Shown here: piece by piece, positions 10,089 through 18,588 of the stretch
Numbering within the stretch: the first letter of the stretch is position 1
Layout of the letters: every line of letters begins with the position of its first letter
Origin: a virus
Direction: 5' to 3' (one strand)
DNA: 64,000 nucleotides
IMG/VR virus record: IMGVR_UViG_3300028029_000007
Span: 22,046 to 86,045 of that record
Notes under the pieces: model-generated
Told to the model about the DNA's origin: nothing
Databases searched by the model: none
What the model saw: the letters and a program-made list of their open reading frames with translations, nothing else
Made by a program: the position numbers and the translations under genes

Positions 10089-11062
10089 ATATCTTCCTCT
10101 AAAAAACTATAAACATCTATTGGTGACAAATTTTTTTCAGTGAATATCATATTCTGTGCCTGGATAAAATCAGCATTCCCATAAAGATCATATACTCCAC
10201 CTATGTCTCTCGACATAATAATGGTAGAATCTGAAAGCATCATAGATACAATCAAGGGATCAATATCTCTTGATAAAACTCCAAACGAATTTAATATCAA
10301 GTTAACAATTATGTCTATATCGAGAGGTGCCCGAATTACCTGCCCAGCGCTATAAAATGGGTCAATTCTTTTATGTGAACATGAAACAATAGATATTCCC
10401 AAATGTCTCACCATTTCAGCCAGCTCCCTTACCTGGCGATCATCCCAGCCAAGGCAATCAACATCATGCATAGACTTCCAAGGCTCAGAGAATAATACAA
10501 TATACTTTGAGTTGTCATAGAAAGAGTTTCTCTTCTTCCATTCTTCATATTTACCCTTACTTTCTTTTCTTATCTTAGGAACGTCTCCGTCCCAGGGTAT
10601 CATGCAATTTTGGTATAGCTGTTTAAGGCAGATGTCATCATTTATCACCGATGGACCGGGCTTATAACTTTTAGTCTCTAAATAATTATTTAGTACATTA
10701 AAGTAGGCGTTATTATTTCGATCCATGAATATTGGAGCGGGATATTTGTCAACAACATCTGACCCGAGGTCAAAAGCATTTGTTTTAGCAATGCCTTGAA
10801 TAGAAGGTAAGTATTCAAAATACGGGTCTCCCATCCACCTAATTTCCTTGTAAGGGTTATTTCTTGTTAGTGCTTCGCAATAGGACAAAGAGAAAAAGGA
10901 TTCCAATAGACCGCCATAACATGCGATTATAAAATCCCTATCCTGCACAGTTCTCTCCCAGACCCTGGCATCAATCTCTGGGATAATGTACTTATTATTC
11001 TTTATTGTCCAAGGTATTCCTGGAGAGAATGGGAAGAATTTATTAGAGAATTTCGGCTTCAT
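10085..11062 (-). CDS. Putative divergent GT9 (heptosyltransferase-like) GT-B glycosyltransferase
   Basis: CYGGLLESFFSL, GWDDRQVRELAE and VLSRDIDPL loosely match GT9 motifs; cluster context. Confidence 0.45.
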   Translation of the reverse strand: MKPKFSNKFFPFSPGIPWTIKNNKYIIPEIDARVWERTVQDRDFIIACYGGLLESFFSLSYCEALTRNNPYKEIRWMGDPYFEYLPSIQGIAKTNAFDLGSDVVDKYPAPIFMDRNNNAYFNVLNNYLETKSYKPGPSVINDDICLKQLYQNCMIPWDGDVPKIRKESKGKYEEWKKRNSFYDNSKYIVLFSEPWKSMHDVDCLGWDDRQVRELAEMVRHLGISIVSCSHKRIDPFYSAGQVIRAPLDIDIIVNLILNSFGVLSRDIDPLIVSMMLSDSTIIMSRDIGGVYDLYGNADFIQAQNMIFTEKNLSPIDVYSFLEEDI

Positions 11063-11855
11063 TGTGGGATGGTCCCTCTAAATACTTCTCGTGATCGAGT
11101 TCGTACTTGCCAAACCACTTCTTCTTGAAATGAGTTGCATTTGACCCCATAAACATTTTATTCACTGGATTCTTCTTCAGGGAAGCGGACTCTTCATGGA
11201 AAATTTTCGTTCCCCCACAGTAAATTACATTGTTCTTTTTGCGAGCGCTAACATTTAGGCAGAGATCAATATCCTCAAATGCCCACTGATATTTCTCATC
11301 CATCATACCAGTCTCCCTATATGCCTTCGCTGTAACAAGAGCAACAGCGGCTGTTACTGCTTGGAAGTACCTATTTTTCTGGGAGTTCTTATCGGACTCA
11401 TCACCCGGCCTGAAATGATAGGGCATTCCGCCATAGCGCTTACCGAAAATTACCCCGGCATGCTGCAGTTTATTGGACCCAGTAAATAGGAGTCTACAAC
11501 CAACCATCTCAGCACCGGAAGATTTATGCAGATCAACCATCTTCTTTAACGATATATCATCACCAAATATAACATCGTTGTTTAGAAGTAGTACCAAATC
11601 GTCATCAGCAGGGTTTGCCTTTTCAAAAAGATAGTTCATCCCCTTAGCGAATGAATGCCTATTATGGCCAACTGGATAAACAACAGTGTCTTTTTCTCCT
11701 TCGAGAATCTTCAGCGTATCATCCTTGGAGCCATTATCTTTCACGTGCCATATACACTCAACGCCACACTTCTCCATATTTTTATGGAGTCCTGGCCTGA
11801 GCGTCTCAATTTTATCCTGGCCATCCCAGGTTAGTGTTAGTAAATGTAGTTTCAT
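11043..11855 (-). CDS. GT2-family glycosyltransferase
   Basis: KDNGSKDDT, LLLNNDV, LQHAGV, AVTAA, FEDIDLCL and HEESAS motifs. Confidence 0.9.
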   Translation of the reverse strand: MKLHLLTLTWDGQDKIETLRPGLHKNMEKCGVECIWHVKDNGSKDDTLKILEGEKDTVVYPVGHNRHSFAKGMNYLFEKANPADDDLVLLLNNDVIFGDDISLKKMVDLHKSSGAEMVGCRLLFTGSNKLQHAGVIFGKRYGGMPYHFRPGDESDKNSQKNRYFQAVTAAVALVTAKAYRETGMMDEKYQWAFEDIDLCLNVSARKKNNVIYCGGTKIFHEESASLKKNPVNKMFMGSNATHFKKKWFGKYELDHEKYLEGPSHNEAEIL

Positions 11856-11880
11856 TCTTGGGCCTCACAACTTACATTAA

Positions 11881-12114
11881 TTATTTCAAATTTACTTTCG
11901 GGATATGTCCTAACAACCCACTCCGCAAAAGGAGTGTTCCTATTCGGACTTTCATCGCCAGCTGCAAACCAAAATGCCAAAATGGGAGGGTACTTGTTTT
12001 AAAAGTCCAATCGTACTCAGTGCTAGTAACATGAGATGTTTGAGACATTTCCATATCTGTAATGTAACTTCCGTTTCCAAGATTTATAGCTGTAAATATA
12101 TGTTCTTTATTCAT
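11881..12114 (-). CDS. Hypothetical protein (77 aa)
   Basis: Co-oriented ORF filling the gap, AAGGA upstream; no recognisable motif. Confidence 0.45.
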   Translation of the reverse strand: MNKEHIFTAINLGNGSYITDMEMSQTSHVTSTEYDWTFKTSTLPFWHFGLQLAMKVRIGTLLLRSGLLGHIPKVNLK

Positions 12115-12162
12115 TATTTCCTTAGTATCGCATCAGCTCTGCCGGTCCATTTTAATGGATCT

Positions 12163-13215
12163 TCATTTCATCCCCTTTTTAAAATACAAAATTGCCTTTT
12201 GTAGTATTCTCTTTCTGTAAAGATCACTCTCATCATCTCTAATTATTCCTATTTCTCTTGCGACATCATTAATGGACATTTTATCTGGGTTATTACATTT
12301 TTCACACCATGACCCATTTTTTACTGACTGCAAACAAGATTCCCATATATGTCCATTATAACACTTCCATTTATATTTTGACTTTGAACCCGTATAACTA
12401 TTTGATAAGCACTCACCATTGTTTTCATCAGCTATTTCCCGAAGACCTCCAATGTAGTCAAATGAATAAATATCCTTGTCAGAAATACTCACATCATCTA
12501 CTTTTTTTTTCACACTTAATTTAAAATGATCAATTAAAGCTTTTAATTGAAGCTTTATACTTTCTATCTTATCAGTATCATAATATTTTATTATAAATAG
12601 CTTGACCCCTTTATCGCTGCAGGTGATTTTTTTAAACTCATCATATTTATTAATTTTTTCTAGGTCTTGATGTTTATAGGGCTTACCATAATGATGAGGC
12701 CCTTGGTATTCAAAAGCCAGGCCAAGAGATTCGCTATACCCATCAAGCTCCAATTTCGAATTGTTCAAAGTTAGCCATGGCGGCCTTATCTTTATAAATT
12801 TAGTTTTAAAGATTTCATTTAATAATATTCTGCATATATTTTCACCAACATTTGTGGAACAATATGGGCACCAACTTTTATTGTTTTTCACATGATTAAA
12901 ACTAGCCTTCCATTGATGACCCATCTCACATTCCCATAAAAGATTATCTATTGATTTGGTATATATTTTTGACAGACAGTAGCCGCTACGTTCTTTAGCT
13001 ATATTTCTTGCATCAGCAATGCTTAGATGCTTTCCCGCACAATAAGGACACCACCTTCCTTGCTGAACCTTATTCCATGAAGCTTTAAACTCATGCCCGT
13101 CACTACAGGCCCAGTTTAACTTAGTTTTTGCGTTTTTATATTCAGATATTTTAGACATTAACCTACCATTATTATTGTCTAAAACTAAATTTATTTTTTT
13201 ATTTATCCTTTCCAT
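12163..13215 (-). CDS. Zinc-ribbon-repeat PD-(D/E)xK/Vsr-like endonuclease (putative free-standing homing endonuclease)
   Basis: Three WxCxxGHxW...WCPxC repeats; LELDGY...LAFEYQGPHHY...DEFKKITC nuclease core; visibly AT-rich. Confidence 0.8.
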   Translation of the reverse strand: MERINKKINLVLDNNNGRLMSKISEYKNAKTKLNWACSDGHEFKASWNKVQQGRWCPYCAGKHLSIADARNIAKERSGYCLSKIYTKSIDNLLWECEMGHQWKASFNHVKNNKSWCPYCSTNVGENICRILLNEIFKTKFIKIRPPWLTLNNSKLELDGYSESLGLAFEYQGPHHYGKPYKHQDLEKINKYDEFKKITCSDKGVKLFIIKYYDTDKIESIKLQLKALIDHFKLSVKKKVDDVSISDKDIYSFDYIGGLREIADENNGECLSNSYTGSKSKYKWKCYNGHIWESCLQSVKNGSWCEKCNNPDKMSINDVAREIGIIRDDESDLYRKRILQKAILYFKKGMK

Positions 13216-13889
13216 TTTTTCAAGAATTTCTCTTTTGATTCTGTAAACAACTTGGATATGTTGAGATTTTTAGATGTTTGCTTTCCAATGTGATAAACGG
13301 GTATTTTTACCATTTTAAATTTAATATTAGCCCTTGATGCTCTAAATGATAAATCAGTATCTTCAAAATAACAAAAGAATGTTTTATTATCAAAAGGGCC
13401 TGAGCAGCCTGGTATAATCAGTGAATCCCAAACCTTCTTATTAGCACAAAGGCACCATCCTGACATATAATTAATTTTATCATTTATATTTTCAGTTTCA
13501 GTTTCATATTTAAAGTTTAAATTTTCATCTAAAAACCCACCTGTTGGCCCAACCAGCTCGTTCTTATCGCTTATAAGCGTTAAGAGCCAGTCATCATTTT
13601 TTGACCCAATCATAATGTCATTGTTTAATATTAAAACGTGATCAGCCGAGGCTTTTGTTATACCCATATTTACAGCTGCTCCAAAACCTAGATTATTATC
13701 ATTATGAATTGATACAAGATTATTCATAGATTCTTGTAAATTTATAAGCCCCACTTTAGTTTCATCAGTAGAACCATTATTTACGACAATAATTTCAAAC
13801 TCATCTCTACCCCTGAACCATTTTAAAACAGATTTAGTGAAGTTAAAGTTATTCCAGACTGGTATTACTATTGATAATCTTATCCCCAT
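13203..13889 (-). CDS. GT2-family glycosyltransferase
   Basis: SIVIPVWNN, VVNNGSTDET, NLGFGAAVN, ILNNDI and YFEDTDLSFR motifs. Confidence 0.9.
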   Translation of the reverse strand: MGIRLSIVIPVWNNFNFTKSVLKWFRGRDEFEIIVVNNGSTDETKVGLINLQESMNNLVSIHNDNNLGFGAAVNMGITKASADHVLILNNDIMIGSKNDDWLLTLISDKNELVGPTGGFLDENLNFKYETETENINDKINYMSGWCLCANKKVWDSLIIPGCSGPFDNKTFFCYFEDTDLSFRASRANIKFKMVKIPVYHIGKQTSKNLNISKLFTESKEKFLKKWKG

Positions 13890-14143
13890 TGTACTACTCC
13901 ATTTTCTTCTTTTCTAATATTCCCAATCTCTTCTTTATAAAATTTCTTATGAAATGGATAATTTGGATCCAATAGATGCTCCGACTCCACGTCTCCAACT
14001 CTAATAGTTGTATTGGTGTAGTTATCATTACCATTATCTCCGGCAAACATAGAGTATCCGAATTTTAACTGCTTTGGTTCATCTGCCCTCATAACGCCCA
14101 ATAGTTTTGATTCGTGATTTAGCTGATATATCAATCTACGCAC
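13880..14143 (-). CDS. Hypothetical protein (87 aa)
   Basis: Overlaps both neighbours, co-oriented; no motif recognised. Confidence 0.55.
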   Translation of the reverse strand: MRRLIYQLNHESKLLGVMRADEPKQLKFGYSMFAGDNGNDNYTNTTIRVGDVESEHLLDPNYPFHKKFYKEEIGNIRKEENGVVQWG

Positions 14144-15240
14144 ATATCTAGGATATTCTTGGCAGCATTCTCCCAGGTAAAATGTGCTGCGGTAGATTCC
14201 ATATGAGGCTCAAATTTTGAGAGAAGCTCATCATAGTTCTCGACAGCATTCTTTAATTTTTCTGCTGCATCATCGGTATCTACCTTGAAGTGAACACCGT
14301 AAGGGTTATACTCCCAGTATTGATGATCTCTTGGGGCACGTACTTCCTCACCCTCTATAAGGAGCCCATTGTCGTCAGAGCAGAAATCAAGCTGGCCTCC
14401 GTATCGTGGAACAACATTGATAAGGCCGCCTGCTAGGGCCTCCAATGAGGGCAAATGCCAACACTCTGCGTGAGTTGCTGAAAAATTGATGTCACAAGCA
14501 TTATACAGGTCAGCAATGTTTGGAACATACTTCGTCATGACCTCAATTTCCGCATGATTCTTGTATTTGTTTTGAAAAGTTTTAAGTATTTTAAAAAAGT
14601 CAACATCGAAACCCTGACGCTTACCCTTCGACTTATTCTCTGTAAATACCTTGGCAACTAAGCAAACATCATCGCCTTTCTTGAAAGCCTTCCCATAAGA
14701 CTCCAAAGCGAGAGGAAGGGCTTTTCTTCTATGTGGCTGAGCAATATTAAGAAGAATCTTTTTAGACTTATTAGATCTAATGAGCACTTTATTTTCTGAC
14801 TTAAAATCATCTAAGTTAATTCCGTGAGGTACAACAACTTGCTTGTCCGCTGGAATACCCATATTTATAAAAACATCTTTGGTAAAATTAGATGATGGTA
14901 AAACCATGTCAGTATACTTACAATGCTTTGCGAAACCTTGGAGAAGTTTCTTGCCATTGTATTCATAATTCCAAATACCAAACCTATTTTTATTTCCATG
15001 AGCCAAATAAGGTCCCCAGTTATGTGGGGCGGTATAAGAAATCTGACAGTCATAAGTTCCAGTTGGAGCCTTTTTAACAAATGGTCTTAGATCTTGAGGG
15101 CAATACTTATCCTGAAACCCATCTGTTGATATGAACTCAACATCATGGCCAAGTTTTATTAGGGCACGGCCAATATTTTGTCCGACCAAACTCCAGCTGT
15201 GATTTTGGCCGAATAGAAATTGTTGAATTTTGATTCTCAC
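14131..15240 (-). CDS. GT4-family glycosyltransferase
   Basis: LPSSNFTKD, VVPHGINL, PHRRKAL, LYNACD and ECWHLPSLEALAGG (E-x7-E) motifs. Confidence 0.88.
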   Translation of the reverse strand: MRIKIQQFLFGQNHSWSLVGQNIGRALIKLGHDVEFISTDGFQDKYCPQDLRPFVKKAPTGTYDCQISYTAPHNWGPYLAHGNKNRFGIWNYEYNGKKLLQGFAKHCKYTDMVLPSSNFTKDVFINMGIPADKQVVVPHGINLDDFKSENKVLIRSNKSKKILLNIAQPHRRKALPLALESYGKAFKKGDDVCLVAKVFTENKSKGKRQGFDVDFFKILKTFQNKYKNHAEIEVMTKYVPNIADLYNACDINFSATHAECWHLPSLEALAGGLINVVPRYGGQLDFCSDDNGLLIEGEEVRAPRDHQYWEYNPYGVHFKVDTDDAAEKLKNAVENYDELLSKFEPHMESTAAHFTWENAAKNILDMCVD

Positions 15241-15280
15241 TTATTATTCCTTACTTACATTCGAACGTAAAACACCAGAG

Positions 15281-15304
15281 CCCCTCTTGTAGAAACAAGA
15301 AGGG
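15281..15304 (-). terminator. Stem-loop upstream of the glycosylation cluster (possible terminator/attenuator)
   Basis: Minus strand CCCTTCTTGT-TTCT-ACAAGAGGGG, a 10-bp stem with one G-U pair; weak U tract. Confidence 0.35.
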
Positions 15305-15369
15305 TTATTTATTTCCTTGCAAATGCAATATTCTTTCTTCACGCATTCGTATATATCAGCAACGGAGGA

Positions 15370-15558
15370 TTATTTTTTAACGACTTTATTGCCGTAAGCT
15401 GGTGGTGGGGCTCTGTGTTGTGGCTGTGGCTGTGGCTGCGGCTCTTTTGCCCGCCCTTTCTTAGCTGACCCTTGCTGTTTTGATGGGGTTTTGGGCGAGT
15501 TTGATCGGCAGCCTATGGCCGTCATGATAATTAATAAAAAACCCCAAACTCTTCTCAA
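15370..15558 (-). CDS. Small putative lipoprotein
   Basis: MRR + hydrophobic stretch + TAIG-C lipobox-like site; (PQ)n linker; C-terminal PPPAYGNKVV. Confidence 0.55.
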   Translation of the reverse strand: MRRVWGFLLIIMTAIGCRSNSPKTPSKQQGSAKKGRAKEPQPQPQPQHRAPPPAYGNKVVKK

Positions 15559-15565
15559 AAATACC

Positions 15566-18532
15566 TTACGATAACAATCCCTGTATCTGCTCAGGAGGAA
15601 CCACCAACGTGTTCTGATTCCACCCTCCCTTCTTCAAATAAACTGTAATCTCAATCTTAGTAACAAGAGTCATATAGATTGGGTCAACCTCTAAGTCTTG
15701 TACTGTTAATGTAAGAAGTCCATTTGCATGGTCCATGTTAACGCCTATATGGTCATCAACAATTACAACATAACCATCTTCAGCAGTGTAACCGTCAAGA
15801 TTCGGATTGAATGCCTGAACTGCTACGCCAAACTTAACTTGACCTCTAGCAAGAGCATCGACCCCAACTGTAGTACAGTCTGAAAACCTCTGAGCAGGAT
15901 AGCCTGCAGAGGTAAACCCATCACCAGAATCCGCTACTAGTTTTCTAAATACATCTATTATAGATTCATCAAGAGGAGACTCTGGTAGTTGAAGGATGAT
16001 GTGATTAATTTCAAGATCCACCTTGTGATGAGATCCATCTGCGGATAGTATCTGGCCCTGCTTGATAATAAGATTGGAAGGAATCATTATCTCATTCTTG
16101 CCCGGATCACACTCTGGTACCACATCATTTCTATCAATGCAGATTGCGGTGGTCTGCGTTTCACAATCCGCAATTACGTCAGAATCATCTGATGTAAATG
16201 CTGCTGTAACAAACCTAGCGTTAGAGGAAAATGCAAGCAGATATTCCTGCCACCATGGCAATGGTTGTATTTGATAAGGTATATCCTGGAATGGAACTGC
16301 ATTAAATGCGACATCAGATTGATTCATATCAGGAGTCTCTGTTAATCCGTAATACTCTTTCTGAGAATCTGAAAGTGTGGTCGCATCAATTGGAGGCTTA
16401 GTATCTCCAGCCGGTCTAACTCGTCCAAAAGTTACGGTATTGTTAGACCCGTCTGTACAATCATGATATCCGTCGAAACGTCCAGTGGACTGCTGTACCT
16501 GCATCTCTAAATGAGTGAAGGATGTTCCAACCGGAAACGAATTAGTGTCTCTGGTAACGAACTGTGTAATTAAGTCAACATCAGCTGCTGTAACGTAACC
16601 ATCGCCATCAACATCAGCTCTAATTATTTCTAGAGCATCAATGTGCCCGTCAACAATTCTTTGCTGTGTTGAGTCTAATTGTAAGGACTCTCCAACAAGA
16701 GCCGTTGCCCTTATAATGTCATCCTGATCTATTACGCCATCACCGTTAACATCTCCATACCCATCAGTACAAAGAAGAACTTTGGTAATCTTATAGTCCT
16801 TAGTTACACTGCTATTATTTGGAATTAATTTTGAACCTACTAGATTGTTTGATAGAAGGTCCGGATCTGGATTGACAACTCTAAATATATCTCCACGTAC
16901 TAGTCCAGGAATATTCTGAATTTTATCGAGTAAAGGGCTTTGTTTTGGGTTAGTATCTTGAGCGCAGCCAATAACTAATGGATCGGATGTTTGTTTTAAA
17001 TCATCTAGTACTGAATTGGTTACGAATGAAAATGCTGGTTCAAATTGCTGTCTTGAGAAGACTGGAGATCCAGTTCTTTCATCCTGTTCTTCTTGCGTTG
17101 ATTCAGTAGCAGCTTGAACGATAGCAGTATTGCTAATATTTTCACCGGTATCAGAAAAAGCTTGCGCCTGAAGCACGTAATCAACTGTGGCCCCCTTATT
17201 ATTAACCTCTGTCTTATCTATTTCGATTCCATTTCCAACATCATATGCCTGACCATCAGCAACCTTGGCTGCATCAGTGAACACTCTAAACCAAAGTTCT
17301 TCCTCTGGAACATCAACCCAGGAACCAGAATATATGGTAAGTCTCGAATCATCCTGTACGGAGTTGCCAACACCAGTGAAAATCTCACCAGTATTTGCAG
17401 ATCCAGCTCTAGAAATAGTTATAGCGTAATGCTTGCCTGGAAGTATCTGCGTATTAGCAGTGGATCCAAGCTGAGTGTTGGAAAATACAAAATCAATTGG
17501 CTGAAGAATATCAGTAAGAACATATCCTTGATTTCTAAAATCTTCATGCCCTAGACTTAACTGAGCAAGAGGCTGGGACTCTGGATCGAAATCGATTGCT
17601 AATTCTGGAACATATGATGATGGGCAGGAAACCGACGTTTGAAGAGCGTAAAGGGATATTACAAGATCTCCGGTCCAATCAAACTGACCATCTACATCGG
17701 CAGTAAAATCCTTTTGAACACCAAGAAGCATAGATATTTTCTGAATGTTATTAGTTTTTGCCTTAAACTTATGCCCAATCTTTGTTGTAACATCACCAGC
17801 AGAAATTATTCTATTCTGTTTAACTGTCGTTTGGATATTCAAAGAATCAACAGAATACTCCGGACCCATTCCATCTTGAAGTGTTAGGTATAGAGATACT
17901 GTTGCGTTTGTACCCTGTATTAGTCCGGAAATCTTGAAGTCACGGAAAAAGAGATTTGGCTCAACATCCTGTGACGCCATAATTGCATCACGGGAGAGTT
18001 GGTAAGATTGTACCTCTCGAATTACAACAGTCCCGCCACGATCTCTTGAACAGTTATTGTTGCCTTTAAAATCATTAAAGAATACTGTTAGAATTCTTGA
18101 GTAATGCTTCTTGGTTACCTGGATCTCATTTTTGTAGAACTCAAAACGGTCGTACTGTGGCACACCTTGAAAGTCTAAACCAATAACTAAAACTTTAACG
18201 CTGAACCTACCAGACACTTCGGCTCCAGTAAGTTGTACCTCAAGCTGCTCGCCCAAATTAGTATCAGTAGGATGATCATGTACATCAATTCCTGATCCAT
18301 CAAAATCATTTGACACAACAAGGGCGGACTGCTCTTGAGTTAAATTATCTGAATCAAAGAGGATTTTTTGCTCAATTGAATCTGGTATCACACCAGAGCC
18401 AAAGTGATTGTTAACGATAGCAGCATCGATTTGGACATTTCTATCCTGCTCGGTGATCATATCGTCTCTATCGACTCTCTGTGCGTCGTTCCATAAATTG
18501 TAAGGTACTGATACTGGGTTACGGTTGGTCAT
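15566..18532 (-). CDS. Virion structural protein (baseplate/fibre-associated) with a dockerin-like double Ca2+-loop domain
   Basis: Follows baseplate genes; GDVNGDGVIDQDD...ADVDGDGYVTAAD repeats; 5 DGY. Confidence 0.65.
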   Translation of the reverse strand: MTNRNPVSVPYNLWNDAQRVDRDDMITEQDRNVQIDAAIVNNHFGSGVIPDSIEQKILFDSDNLTQEQSALVVSNDFDGSGIDVHDHPTDTNLGEQLEVQLTGAEVSGRFSVKVLVIGLDFQGVPQYDRFEFYKNEIQVTKKHYSRILTVFFNDFKGNNNCSRDRGGTVVIREVQSYQLSRDAIMASQDVEPNLFFRDFKISGLIQGTNATVSLYLTLQDGMGPEYSVDSLNIQTTVKQNRIISAGDVTTKIGHKFKAKTNNIQKISMLLGVQKDFTADVDGQFDWTGDLVISLYALQTSVSCPSSYVPELAIDFDPESQPLAQLSLGHEDFRNQGYVLTDILQPIDFVFSNTQLGSTANTQILPGKHYAITISRAGSANTGEIFTGVGNSVQDDSRLTIYSGSWVDVPEEELWFRVFTDAAKVADGQAYDVGNGIEIDKTEVNNKGATVDYVLQAQAFSDTGENISNTAIVQAATESTQEEQDERTGSPVFSRQQFEPAFSFVTNSVLDDLKQTSDPLVIGCAQDTNPKQSPLLDKIQNIPGLVRGDIFRVVNPDPDLLSNNLVGSKLIPNNSSVTKDYKITKVLLCTDGYGDVNGDGVIDQDDIIRATALVGESLQLDSTQQRIVDGHIDALEIIRADVDGDGYVTAADVDLITQFVTRDTNSFPVGTSFTHLEMQVQQSTGRFDGYHDCTDGSNNTVTFGRVRPAGDTKPPIDATTLSDSQKEYYGLTETPDMNQSDVAFNAVPFQDIPYQIQPLPWWQEYLLAFSSNARFVTAAFTSDDSDVIADCETQTTAICIDRNDVVPECDPGKNEIMIPSNLIIKQGQILSADGSHHKVDLEINHIILQLPESPLDESIIDVFRKLVADSGDGFTSAGYPAQRFSDCTTVGVDALARGQVKFGVAVQAFNPNLDGYTAEDGYVVIVDDHIGVNMDHANGLLTLTVQDLEVDPIYMTLVTKIEITVYLKKGGWNQNTLVVPPEQIQGLLS

Positions 18533-18588
18533 TATTTATCCTTAAGATTATCATTAATATCTCTTTTTATCCTTATATATTAACAACA

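Noticed and set aside
12114..12165. Two in-frame TGA codons linking the nuclease to the 77-aa ORF (possible stop recoding)
   Set aside because: Many genes end in TGA with ATGA coupling and long ORFs are intact in code 11; no evidence for an alternative code.
12735..12752. DGY within ELDGY of the two zinc-ribbon nucleases (also near 61820)
   Set aside because: Part of the conserved nuclease core motif in non-virion proteins; excluded from the DGY count.
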